Assembly: GCF_963921235.1 (NCBI RefSeq)
Contig: NC_086109.1
Location: 28,274,001 to 28,338,000 of the forward strand
From: Mobula hypostoma
Taxonomy: Eukaryota
Reading direction: 5' to 3'
DNA: 64,000 nt
The notes under the pieces were generated by a model. The model saw nothing but the letters and a program-made list of their open reading frames with translations, had not been told where the DNA came from and made no database searches. The position numbers were made by a program, and so were the translations under genes. Shown here piece by piece: positions 25,395-37,636 of the stretch (positions are counted from its first letter, which is position 1; the number at the start of each line of letters is the position of its first letter).

Positions 25395-25853
25395 CTAAAA
25401 CTGTGAGTCCATGGGCGGGGCCTCAATCCTGGCAGGCTCGCTTGTCAGCTTTACTGCCGGGTACACTTCTCCGCCTGCAAGGCCATTACCGAGTAAGACC
25501 TTCACGTCTTCCAGCTGTAGTTCGGGCCTCACCCCTATCATGACTGGTCCGCAGACCAAGTCGCTTTTTAGGTGTATCTGGTGCAAAGGTATTGCTTCAG
25601 TCCCTTTCCCAATGCCTTTTATCACACTGACCTCCCCAGTCTCCGTCTCTGAACTAAAGTCTAACTCACTCCTTAAGATCAATGACTGACAAGCCCCAGT
25701 GTCTCTCCAGATCCTTACGGGAACTGGGTTTGACCCCTCCTTCACCGACACCAATCCGGCCGAAATAAACTTCTCGCGCCCTTCCTGAACTCTATCAGAC
25801 CTCTTCTCCCCTAGCGGTTTGTTTGCCGGCTCAATACAGCCAGTCGGAATCAT
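25395..25853 (-). pseudogene. pol aspartic protease
   Basis: IWRDTGACQSLI and LLGNGLAGG motifs. Confidence 0.88.
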
Positions 25854-25856
25854 CGT

Positions 25857-26970
25857 TTATCCTTTCCCCGTCTCCTTCTTTGGGGCAAAGCACCTGGACG
25901 CAAAGTGACTGGCTTTCCCACAATTATAGCATACGACCCCAGGAGACTTCCTACCAAACTGCTTCCTGTCTTCCTTATCCTTCTCACTAGTCCCCGGCTT
26001 ACTTTCTGGCTTTTCTGGCGGACTCTCTCCGCCCTCTCGACTACCCTTCTGGTAGCTTTTACTCGGAGTAAACGTTGCTTTGTGTGTTAACGCGTACTCA
26101 TCCGCTAACTTAGCAGTTGCGGCTAAGGTTTCTACCTCTTTCTCATCTAGATAGGGCCTCATACCTTCAGGGACACAACCTTTAAATTGCTCAATCAGTA
26201 TTAGCTGTAGCAGTCTGTCATAATCCCCATTGATCCCTTTCGAGGCGCACCAACGCTCACAATACATCTGCATCTCACGCGCAAACTCTAAATACGTGCG
26301 GCCGCACATCATACCTCTGGGCATCTTCGACGGACAATGCCAAGTAAGATTGTTGAGCCTTCCCTTTAAGTACGCTCTGAGGCAAAACAGCCCACTTATC
26401 CCTCGGCCAGTCCTGACTTGCAGCGACTTTTTCAAAATGTAGAAAGTACCAATCAAAATCAGCCTCCTCAAATGGGAGAACCAGCCTAACCCCCAGGGTC
26501 GCCCCGAACCCTCCACCTTGGTTCGGCATGTGGCCCTGCTGTAGCGTCATCCTTAACTTCTCCAGCTCAAATTCGCTTTCTTTCTGCTTCTCTCTCTCTG
26601 CCTGTTCTAACTGCCTGTCTCTCTCTTCTCCTTCCAGCTGCTTCATTCTCCCTTCCCATTCTAACTGCCTGTCTCTCTCTTCTCGTTCCAGCTGCTTTAC
26701 CCGGAACTCATGCTCGAGTCTCAACTTTTCCATCTGCAGCTGCACTGCTTCTCCACCAGGTTTGCCCATAGATACCACCTCCAGTTCCCCTTAGGGAAAC
26801 ACACCTTTAGATACATAATGCTCAATGATAGCTCTGTGCATCTTTGCTCTCCTCATTGTCGGCTTCCCCTTAAAAAGATTCAACCATTTGGCAACAGTCG
26901 CCAATTCTGATTTCCTGGCATCCTCTAATGCCTCCAAGGTTGGTGTCTTTAGAAATTCCTCAATCTCCAT
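25857..26970 (-). pseudogene. gag (coiled coil, SCAN-like capsid region, CCHC knuckle), frameshifted
   Basis: ATG at 26970 (MEIEEFLKTPTLE...), LEKLR coiled coil, YFLHFEKVA...W, EQFKGCVP...AKLADEY and CYNCGKASHFASRC. Confidence 0.88.
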
Positions 26971-27044
26971 TTCTGCTGTTTGCCCTTTCTTTCTTTTGGA
27001 AATTGTAACCCAACCAATTTACCCAGTCCCAGATTTGGCGTTGA

Positions 27045-27065
27045 AAATCCCGGACGAGATCCCCA
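27045..27065 (-). promoter_or_regulatory. Primer binding site, tRNA-Pro
   Basis: Minus strand tggggatctcgtccgggattt versus the tRNA-Pro complement TGGGGGCTCGTCCGGGATTT; 4 nt inside the 5' LTR boundary. Confidence 0.85.
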
Positions 27066-27069
27066 CTTA

Positions 27070-27896
27070 TGCTACGTACCCTGTAACTGGGTTGCCAAAC
27101 CAGCAGAAATCGAACACTCGTTGGAGTCTGGATTACTAGGAACTAATAAAGTTTTATTAAAGAAACAAATAATACAGTACTCTAATCGTAAGGATATAAA
27201 TGTAACAGATTAGCAATGATAATACACATACACAGAACTAGGGTAATAGGAATCAACCAAGCTCTATCACAGTCTAGGGGTAAAATGATCAGTCTTACAG
27301 TGACGTAGAGTTCATTTCAGCTTAGTGCAGTTCTCAGTAATCGCCGTTGTACCGTTGGGGGGGGGGATGCAATTTGGTTCAGGCAGACCTTTGATGTCTT
27401 CGCAGTCGTTTTCGGGCAGACCCTTCTTGATGTCTTCTATCCCGCTGTAGTCACTGACTGTGACCCCTCCATTCCGGATACGATTGTTCTTCCACGGTGA
27501 ACCCGGCACCCAGGCAAGGGCGGACACACACCCCAAGTTCCCACCGATCGTACCTTTACACCCTGTGAGCCTATGGTCGGTTCCTGCGAACCGGACCTCC
27601 AAACTCCCACCACTTGTGGGGGCGCACCGCTCTTTCCAGGGTCTCGTTGTCTCATGGTCTTGTGGTGTCCCGTTCCTTAGCGAACCTGCTCTTTTTATCC
27701 CCCTGCTGGGGTATCACCTGTCCATCAAACTTCAAACAGTTCAGGTTCAAAGCAACTGGTCTGTCAATATTCTGAATTGTGTTTCTTTTCTGTTAATCCC
27801 TCTCTCCTCTCTTATTAACATTTTGAATGTTTCTCCATTGTCTCTCTTATCTCTCTCATTAGCATCAATCGTCCGATAGCTTGGTTTGGCGTCACA
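27070..27896 (-). repeat. 5' LTR (827 bp)
   Basis: Direct repeat of 21502-22334 with TG..CA ends. Confidence 0.95.
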
Positions 27897-28564
27897 GTTA
27901 ACTGATAGAAAGTAATGAATATTTGTATTTGTCTACTTTTCAGGTTTGCAGTCTGTAATTAGTGGAGTATCACAGGAAACATTATCTGGACCTAACTATT
28001 TCAAAGTATATTTATTGTCAAAATATGTTTAAATTATACAGTCTTTAGGTTTGTTTGTTTACAGGCAGCCACAAAGCAAGGAACCTGAAAAAACCCAATT
28101 TTAAAAAGAAGACCAACACCCAATCTGTAGAGAGAGAGAGAAAAAACAGTAAATCATGCAATTGCATTCAGAATGAAGTTGAGTCCATAGACCTGGAACC
28201 AGAGCAGCTGGAGTAGGCCAATAGCCTAGTATACCATACTATACTGTATCGGTGATTTTGCTGAGGATACCAGATGCCATATTTCCAAGATTATAGACAA
28301 AATCTAAATGGGAATTTTATTAAGAGCGAGGCTGCAAAGACATTTCAGGAGGATGTTCCGAAGCTGAATATATGGGTACTAACATGGCACATAAGGCACA
28401 GTGTGGGAAAATATGAAAAATGGAAAACGGAAACTCTATATATCTTTTAAATACTGAGCGATTGAATTGTGAGATACAAAGGAAACTGACTATCCTTATT
28501 CATAAGTTATTAAAAGCTAACATGCAGGTACAGCAGGTGACATAGCAAGCAAATTATATATTGA

Positions 28565-30280
28565 CCATAAGACTATTAGACATAGGAACAGAATTAGGCC
28601 ATTTATCCCATCTAGTCTGCTCCATCATTTGATTATAGCTGATTTATTTTCCCTCTCAACTCCATTCTCCCCCGCCTTCTCTCCATGACCTTTGATGTCT
28701 TTAATAATTGCACGTATCAACTTCTGCCTTAAATATACTAATGCTTGGCCTCCACATCCATCTGTAGCAATGAATTTCACAGATACACCACCCTCTGGCT
28801 AAATAAATTACTCTTTATCTCTGTTCTAAAGGGATGTAATTATATTTTAGGGCTGTGTCTTCTAGTCCTAGACACCCCCACCATCATAAACAACACACAT
28901 AAAAGTTGCTGGTGAACGCAGCAGGCCAGGCAGCATTTCTAGGAAGAGGTGCAGTCGACGTTTCAGGCTGAGACCCTTCGTCAGGCCTGAAACCCTTCGT
29001 CCCGACGAAGGGTCTCGGCCTGAAACGTCGACTGCACCTCTTCCTAGAGATGCTGCCTGGCCTGCTGCATTCACCAGCAACTTTTATGTGTGTTGCTTGA
29101 ACTTCCAGCATCTGCAGAATTCCTGTTGTTTGCGTTTTTAAACCCACCATTGTAAATGTCGTTTTGCATGTCTGCTGTACCTAGGCCTATCAATAGTCTA
29201 CAGATACCAATGAGATCCATTCTCATTCTTCTAAACCTCAGGAAGTACAGGCCCAGAGCCATCAAATGCTCCTAATGTGTTAACCCTTTCATTCCTGGAA
29301 CCATTCTCATAAACCTCCTCTGGACCTTCTCCAATGCCAGCGTATCCTTTTTCAAATTATGGGCCCACCCCTAACCGCTCGCAATAATCCAAATGCTTTA
29401 TAAAGCCTCAGCATTACAAATTTGCTTTTATATTCAAGTCCTCTTGAAATGAATGTTAACATTGCATTCGCATTGCCACATACTCAACCTGCAAATTAAA
29501 CTTTGGAGAATCCTGCCCAAGGACTCCCAAGTCCCTTTGCATTTCCAATTACTGAATTTGAGACTGTTTAGAAAGCACTCTATGCCTTTATTCTTTCTGC
29601 CAACGTGCATAACCATACAGCTCCCTACACTGCATTTCATCTGCCACTTCTGTGGCCATTATCCCAATCTGTCTAAGTTCTTTTGCAAATGCACTGCTTC
29701 CTCACCACTATCCGTCCTTCCACCTAGCTTCATATCATGCGCAAATTTGGCCACAGAGCCATCAATTCCATCATCTGGATCACTAACCTGTAATGTGAAA
29801 AGCAGCAGACCCAAAACTGACACCTGCAGAATACTAATAGTAACCGACAGTCAACCAAACACCCCCCCCACCCCCACTTCATTCCCACGCCTTGCCTTCT
29901 TCCAGTCAGTCAATCTTCTGTTCATGCTGGTATCTTTCCTGTAATACCATGGGCTGCTTACTAGTCTCATGTGTGATATCTTGTCAAAGGCCTTCTGTAA
30001 AACTAAGGAAACAACATCCACCGACTCTCTTTTGTCTATCCTGCCTGTTTTTTCCTCAAAGTATTGCAACAGATTTGTCAGGTAAGAATTCCCCTTAAAG
30101 AAACCATGCTGACTTTAGCCTATTTTATCACGTGCCTCCAAGTACCCCGAAATCTCAGCTTCAATAATGGACTCTAAGACCCTGACAATCACTGAAGTCA
30201 GGCTAACTGGCCTATAATGTATTGTCTTTTGCCTCCCCTCTTAAAGAGTGGAGAGACAATTGCAATTTTCCAGTTCTCTA
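28565..30280 (-). mobile_element. CR1 LINE 3' portion (RT), decayed
   Basis: Antisense YRPVSLTSV, ESVDVV.L..QKAFDKI.H.RL and AKFAHD motifs with a CR1 tail; interrupted by 28891-29142. Confidence 0.85.
28891..29142 (+). mobile_element. Penelope-derived fold-back mini-insertion with hammerhead motifs on both strands
   Basis: 94-bp inverted arms 28891-28984 / 29002-29095; 14-bp TSD cccaccatcataaa / cccaccattgtaaa; hammerhead cores at 28953-28988 (minus, CTGACGA) and 28999-29033 (plus, CCGACGA). Confidence 0.88.
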
Positions 30281-30534
30281 CCATTGTTGTTGACCTTTAT
30301 CACTTGCAGATTTGAAGACATGATTTGACCCTACAATTCTATATAATCTTGGCGCATCTTTGTCTACAATGCTGTGTGCAGTTTTGGTCTACCTACCTAA
30401 AGAAGGATGTAGCTGCTCTTGAGGGAGTGCAGTGAAGGTTGGCTGACTGATTTCTGATCTGTGGCTCAATTTTAGACTAATGCTAATATTGAGTATGCTA
30501 GGCTTCTATTCTCGATAGTTTAGAAGAACAAGGA

Positions 30535-31594
30535 ACATAGAAACATGGAAAACCTACAGCACAATACAGGCCCTTCAGCCCACAAGGCTGTGCCGAATGT
30601 ATCCTTATCTTAGAACTACATAGGCTTACCCATAGCCCTCTATTTTTCTAAGCTCCATGTACATATCCAGGTGTCTCTTAAAAAGCCCTATCGTTTCCAC
30701 CTCCAATAACCGCCGCCAGCAGCCCATTCACACTCACCACTCTCTTCATAAAAAACTTACCCCTGACATCTCCTCTGTACCTACTTCCAAGCATGTTAAA
30801 ACTATGCCTTCTTGTGCTAGCCATTTCAGCCCTGGGAGAAAAAGCCTCTGACTATCCGCACGATAAATGTCTTTCATTATCTTGTACACTTCTATCAGGT
30901 CACCTCTCATTCTCCACCGCTCCAAGGAGAAAAGGCCGAGTACACTCAATCTATTCTCATAAGGCATGCTCCCCAATCTAGGCAACACCCTTGTAAATCA
31001 ACTCTGCACCCTTTCTATGGTTTCCACATTCTTCCTGTAGTGAGGTGACCAGAATTGAGCACAGTACTCCAAGTGGGGTCTGACCAGGGTCCTATATAGC
31101 TGCAACATTACCTCTTGGCTCTTAAACTCAATCCCATGGTTGATGAAGGCCAATGCACCATATTCCTTCTTAAACAGAATCAACCTGCGTAGCAGCTTTG
31201 TGTGTCCTATGGACTCGGACCCCAAGATCCCTCAGATCCTCCACACTGCCAAGTGTCTTACCATTAATGCTATATTTTGCCATCATATTTGACCTACCAA
31301 AATGAACCACCTCACACTTATCTGGGTTGAACTCCATCTGCCACTTCTCAACCCAGTTTTGCATCCTATCAATGTCCCGCTGTAACCTCTGACAGACCTC
31401 CACACTCTCCACAACACCCCCAACCTTTGTGTCATCAGCAAATTTACTAACCCATCCCTCCACTTCATCATCCAGGTCATCTATCAAAATCATAAAGAGT
31501 AGGGGGTCCCAGAACAGAGCCCTGAGGCACACCACTGGTCACTGACCTCCATGTGGAATATGACCTGTCTACAGCCACTCTTTGCCTTCTGTGG
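30535..31594 (-). mobile_element. CR1 LINE 3' portion, relatively young
   Basis: VSKFADDTKVGG, WQMEFNPDKC, LYRTLVRPHLEYCAQFWSP and RGDLIEVYKI motifs; catagaaa tail. Confidence 0.92.
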
Positions 31595-32281
31595 GACCTC
31601 ATGAAGATATACAAAGTAGTAGAGCAATATTGATGCAGGAAACATGCTTCCCTAGATAAAGGAGTCTAAAATTGGAGAACCTATTTTAAAAATAAAGTGC
31701 AAGCCATTTTTTTACTGAAGTGAAGATGTGCACCTATGGAATTCTCTTCCCAAGAGAGCTGAGGAACTTTAAATATTGAGTTCATCCAGCACTGAGATCA
31801 ATAGATTTCCAAATATTAGATTTCAAGAATATAAGGACGAAATAATGGTGTTGGAGTAAAAGATTTGCAAAGATCTTATTGAATACTGGAGAAGACTCAA
31901 GGGGGTTGAACAGCTTTGTCCTGCTCCTGTCTCCAATGCGCTCCTTCATGCTCATAGATTATTCATGTTAATGCTTAAGGTGTAAATGGACACAATTGGG
32001 AATAGAAGAAGGATGGAAAATGAATGTGTCCCAGATAACTGCAAAGTCAAAGTCTTGTTTATTGTCATATATCTTACTCACGGCACCATTATAGTATCCG
32101 ATGCACAACATTCATAGGAAAATCATAGGTCAGCTCAAAGAATTGTTGAAGGTGTGTTCACTAATATGTAATAGGTAGAAATAGAAACAAGCAAGAGGTA
32201 GATGCAGAAGTGGATGGATTAATTGTGATTTTCATGTATTGGGAAAGACAAATTAACATCAGTATAACCTTATGGATTGTA

Positions 32282-32828
32282 CACTCAGTGCCCACTTTAT
32301 TAGGTACACCTCTACACCTGCTCATTAATGTAAGTGGCTATTTTGCCAGTCATGGCAGGAACTCAATGCGTAAAAGCACACAGACATGCTCAAGCAATTC
32401 AGTTGTTCAGACTTGAAGAAATGTGATCCAAATTATTTTGAGAGTGGTAAGATTGTTGGTGCCAGACGGGGTGGTTTGAGTATCTCAGAAACTGATGATC
32501 TCCTCAGGCCTTCATGCAAAACAGCCTCTAGAGTTTACAAAGAATGGTGCCAAGAACAAAAAAAAAATCCAGTAAATGGCAGGTCTGTGGGTGAAAATGC
32601 CTTGTTAATGGGAGAGGTCAGAGGAGAATGGTCAGGCTGGTTCAAGTTGACAGAAAGGCGACAGTAACTCAAATAACCATGAATTACAACAGTAGTGTGC
32701 AGAAGAGCATCTCTGAATGGACAACACGCCAAACCTTGAAGTTCATGGGCTATAGCAGCAGAAGACCATGAGCATACACACAGTGGCCACTTTATTAGGT
32801 ACACGATAAATAACCTGGCCCCCGAGTG
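32282..32828 (+). mobile_element. Non-autonomous Tc1/mariner element
   Basis: TA followed by TIR cactcagtgcccactttattaggtac; transposase HTH remnant FESGKIVGARRGGLSISETDDLL..TASRVYKEW. Confidence 0.85.
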
Positions 32829-33905
32829 AATTTGAGGATAGTTGCTATTCTTTTCCCAGTAACGTAGATAAAGAAGAAATTTGTCAAAGGAATTAAAATA
32901 ATGATAGACAGCAAGGTGTTGATAGAGATAGGTGTTGATGAGAAAGGTTGGAAAGGATTAAAAAATACCAAGTGTAACCTTTATGAAGAAAATGACAAGA
33001 GGATCTGTTTTTTCAAAGACAGAAGTGCCTGATGAAAATGACAAGAGCGCTGATAATACTAGAAGGCATTTGGTTGCAGAAATGTTTGCTGGAAGATTTG
33101 ATTTTGAAAGGGTCAAGTAAGTGATAACTTAGAGGGAACAAACACAGCAATGTAAAATGAAAATCTTAGCAAGTTGTGGGTAGGATTGAAATGACAAGTA
33201 AAAACTGAGCTATGGATACAAAAAAAAATCATAAACTCTTCATACATAGCACTGGAGGGGAAGAGTGGATCTGAGTTCAAGTTGTTTAAGGGTTCAAGGA
33301 TTTAGTTGCTTAAAATAAGAAATTCTTACTCTTTTTTCTTTTATATTCATGTACGGATTTGCATCAATTTCCTTCACTTCCAGTGTTCATTGTCCAAAAT
33401 AATTTCAATGACAACTGGTTCGACCACCTTAAAGGTAAACTAGAAATCCCCTATTCCAATGAATGTTGGTGAATCCTCTTTACTTCTGTACTCAGATAAA
33501 ATCTGTTGATATCACTATTCAGACAAATGTAAAAGTGCTTAAATTTTGTTCTGAAATATTGAGTTGTGTGGAGTCTCTACAAACAGTGAGTCATTGATAG
33601 CTATACTGGCTATACTAGGTGAAATGAGATGAAAAAAATTATACATTATAAGTATTCAATCATAATTTCTTTGTAGACCTTTCTGGATTTTAGGACATCT
33701 GTTTAGGCATCCATGAACTAATTTACATGCGACTACCAAAATCAGAAGCAAAATATGAAACTGCCTTCACAATTAATAAACAAATTACTAATTTTGTTGT
33801 GCTTACTTGTTCATTTCATGTCACACAATTTTTGTAAACTTTGGCAGGTTATTATGAGATTAAGGTGATTACCTTAAGGTGGCAATTGTGATTTTTTTCC
33901 CTCAG

Positions 33906-33957
33906 ATTTCCTAAGAGCAGATTTGATCAATATTGAGAACAAGGAAAATTATGTTCT
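33906..33957 (+). CDS. Candidate 52-bp coding exon
   Basis: tttttttccctcAG acceptor and GTGAGT donor; single open frame (D)FLRADLINIENKENYV(L); phase matches the end of 10593-10801. Confidence 0.35.
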
Positions 33958-34609
33958 GTGAGTTTTAGAAGAGTATCTTGCATCTCATGTTTATCAGATA
34001 TGAGCAATTCTTTCTATCTTTGATAAAAAGAAGAAAAAACACTTCAAGATTAGTCAGCATCACAGTACAATTATATGATGACTATAAGGGAAAAATATGC
34101 CCCATTGCCTCACAAAGGCATAATCAATGTGAATCCAAGTGAATATTATATCAGTGAAGAAGATATAAGGAAAATATAGGCTTGCTGAAAGAAATGGTTT
34201 TGTGGGAGGATCTTAAAGCTGGAATGGGCAAAGAAGCCCATTAGAGAATGAATTGTAGAATTTTTTTCAAATATTGGGGCATAAAAGTCTAGTAAATGGT
34301 CATTGGTCAGTGAAAATATTAGGATGAAAAACTCAAACAAGGATTAATTTCAGTACTGACAGAGAAAAATGGATAGAGAAGCAGTTAATGTTTCAGGATT
34401 GTATCTGTCATCAGAAACAAACAGTTGGTCTGGGTTGCAAAGAAAGTAAGGGAATGCAATGGGTGAAACAAGGGCAATTTCTTTGACAATATTAATTCAT
34501 GTGTCATTAATGTCCAATTTAGGCTCGTTTGTCTGTATAATATGTTGCTAATGTGGTAAGGTCTGTTTAATGTTGTATATTCTGGCTTGTTCTGACATGA
34601 TGTCTAGAG

Positions 34610-35740
34610 AGGTGATGAATTTAGTCAAGAAGAAAAGTACGTAATGCTTCAGAAGGCAGGATAAAACGAAGCATATGAGGTGTATAAAGAATCCAGAAAA
34701 GAATTAAAGAAAGGGATTAGAAAAGCCAGAGGGGCCATGAAAAGTCCTTGGCAAGTAGGGTTAAAGTGAATCCCAAGGCATTTTATACAGTATATACATC
34801 AAAAGCAAGAGGATAACTTGAGAGAGGGTAGGGCCATTCAAGAATGTAGGTGGGAACATTTGCTTAGATACCGAGAATGTGAGTGAGGTACTGAATGAGT
34901 ATTCTGCTTCAGTATTTACCAAGGAAAAGGATATAGAGGACGAGGAGATCAATGTTGAGTGTATAAATACATTAGGGTATTTAGAGTTCCAGGAGGAGGA
35001 TGTGTTGGGTTTCCTAATGAGTATTAAGGTGGTTGTTCCTATGGACTGTTGGGATTTACCCTAGGTTATTGAAGGAGGCAAGAGATGAGATTGCTGCGGC
35101 CTTGACCGGTATCCTCCTGTCCTCTCTAGGCACAGGCAAGGTCCTGGAGGACTGATGAGTGGATAATGTTGTCCCTCTAAGAAGGGAACAAGGGAAAATC
35201 CTGGGAACTATAGATCAGTGAGTTTCTCATGCTGGAGAAAATTTTCAGGGATAGGATATATGAGCATTTGGAAACTTATGGCCTAATTAGAGAGAGCCAG
35301 CATGGCTTTGTGCGTGAAGGTTGTGTCTTACCAATTTGATTGAATTTTTTGACCAGGTGATAAGAGATTTTAATGAAGGTAGGGCACTGGATGTTTTCTA
35401 CATGGATTTTAGAAAGGTGTTTGATGAACTCCCTCATAGGAATCTAATCCAGAAGATTAAGATGCATGAGGGCCACGGCGAATTGGCTGCTTGGATTCAG
35501 AAATGACTTGTGCATTGAAGACTGAAGGTAGTGGTTGAAGTAACTTATTTGAGTTAAAGGTCCATAATTAGTGGTGCTCCACAGATATCTGTGCTGGAAC
35601 CTCTGCTATTTGTGATGTATGGATGACCTGGATGAAAATGTAGATAGGTGGGTGAGTAAGTTTGCGGATGGTACCAAGATTGATGGGGCTGTAGATTGTG
35701 TAGAAGACTGGCAAAGCATACAGTGTGATATGGATCAGTT
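34610..35740 (+). mobile_element. CR1 LINE ORF2 fragment
   Basis: LNEYSASVFTKE, CLTNLIEFF, YMDFRKVFD and WVSKFADGTKI motifs. Confidence 0.88.
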
Positions 35741-36222
35741 ACTGAGTTGCTCCAACATTTTTCATGTGTGCGCAAAATTTCCAGCATCTAATGAATCTCT
35801 TATGAATTTACTGGAGGAACTTCATCCTGAAACATTGACAGTTCCTTTCCACCCACAGATGCTGCTCAACTCATTGAGTTTCTTCGGCAGATAGTTTGTT
35901 ACACCAGATTCAAAAAGATACATTTGCATTCTGTTGTGCCTTGTTGCTGGAGCTAATACTTGGACCCACACAAAAGCCCAGAGCTATTGTGTACTTTTGA
36001 TCTGAAGAAACTGAGCCAAGATGAAGATAAACTCAATCCGGTGAATTAATGTGGAAGGAGATAAATTTAGTTGCAAGATGATGGAATTCAAGTCATCCCA
36101 AACTTCCCAATATTTAATGGAGGCCATCTTGCTAACTTCAAGAATAGATGTTAGACCAGCATATAGAAACACCACTGCATAACTTAGAAAATGTATTTGA
36201 CTTCTGCATTATACTGTACAAT

Positions 36223-37589
36223 TGGCAAAGAGGAATGAGCATGTGTTTCGTGATCCGCAGTGTGGCCAGTGACTTCAGCAATCTAAGAGGTGAGTTCTTT
36301 TTTAAGAGTAGCTCCCACATTTAGATCTGCTTAGGCCAATGATCACAGGATCACTGAATATGAAAGGACACGGTGGAGTTCTGAACTGATAGATATAAAA
36401 GTGTGGTGTTTGTGTATTTCTGTGTTTTGTGTAAGGTGCCAGCTGCCAGACAGCACTGGGTAGATGGTCAAGACAGAATCACCAGTAGAGAGAGGTGGTT
36501 ACAGACTATTCAGAGTGCCAGAGGGTGCATGCTTACTTGTTGAATAGACAACGGTTAAGTGTAGCATGGTTACTAAGAAAACCCAGGCAGTGTGGGAGGT
36601 ACCATTCAGGACGCAAGAGGGTGCATGTATACTCGTTCAGGGAATTGTTTGTGTGTGTCTGACTGTGAGTGTGAAAACCTGACAATCAGAGCCTAAGATG
36701 GTGATAGTGCAGAAATATTTAACTTTCTACATAAAAAGGATACAGCGACATCCTGGGTGCAGCTATGAAGAGGAGAGAACTCATAGAGTATATATTTCAT
36801 AAACCTGAGAAAGCTGAACAGGGATTGGACAAAGATGGGTAAGTTAAGACCTGGAGCCCAGAGGAACGTTTGTAGTGGTGGAATAGCCAAAGAGGAAGGG
36901 AGATAAAGCAGCAGTCATGTATATTTAGTTCAAGTTTTATTATCATTCAACCATACATGAATACCCATGAATACAGCCAAACAAAACAGCCTTCCTCTGG
37001 GGCCAAGGGGCAAAACACACCAACAGTCATACACAGCACAAGGCACATATCGCACATATAAGGTAGCAAGTAAACACACAGTCACACACAAAAAATACAG
37101 CCCAAGTCCTTGAGTGACATGTCCTGAAAATTAATGGTGCTTTGGTGTTATCGGCAAGAAAAAACAGTTCTCAGCAGTCCAGAGATGAATGTACCTATGC
37201 ACACACACACTATCCAGCTTGTCCTTCCACAAATTGAACACTGGGGGCAGCACTGATGGGATGGCCAGCCCCCAACCATGCTACACGGCCTCTGGCATCT
37301 CCTCTCCTAAACTGCCGCAACAGGCAAACCCACGGCTTGAGGCTTAGTCCTCGCTACTACCAAGGCAATGCAGCTCCCCCGCCGTCTGTAATCCCCATTA
37401 AACAAGGGAAAGTGACTTGCCTCATTTTACAATACCAATATGCAAGAGAGAACTAAGTGTCAGGAATCTTATAGTCTGGAAGTTGTAGAGTCACAGAGGA
37501 AAGGGATGAATGCAGGGAACGGCGTGACCTTTTACAAGTAGAGCGGGACAGATTGAAGGAACAGTTAGAAAGAGAGAGAGAGAAAAAGA

Positions 37590-37636
<47 letters not shown>

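Larger units (their letters stand above)
21502..27896 (-). mobile_element. Full-length Gmr1-like Gypsy LTR retrotransposon (gag-PR-IN-RT-RH), frameshifted
   Basis: Two TG..CA LTRs; TSD gtta (21498-21501 / 27897-27900); PBS and PPT present; integrase lies upstream of RT; inserted into an old CR1 RT region (flanks rejoin as the WL.DRK...SGV.QG motif). Confidence 0.95.

Noticed and set aside
36261..36289. 29-bp candidate host exon (VASDFSNLR) ending at AG|GTGAGT
   Set aside because: Weak acceptor; the donor is better explained as the leader splice donor of the retrovirus-like element.
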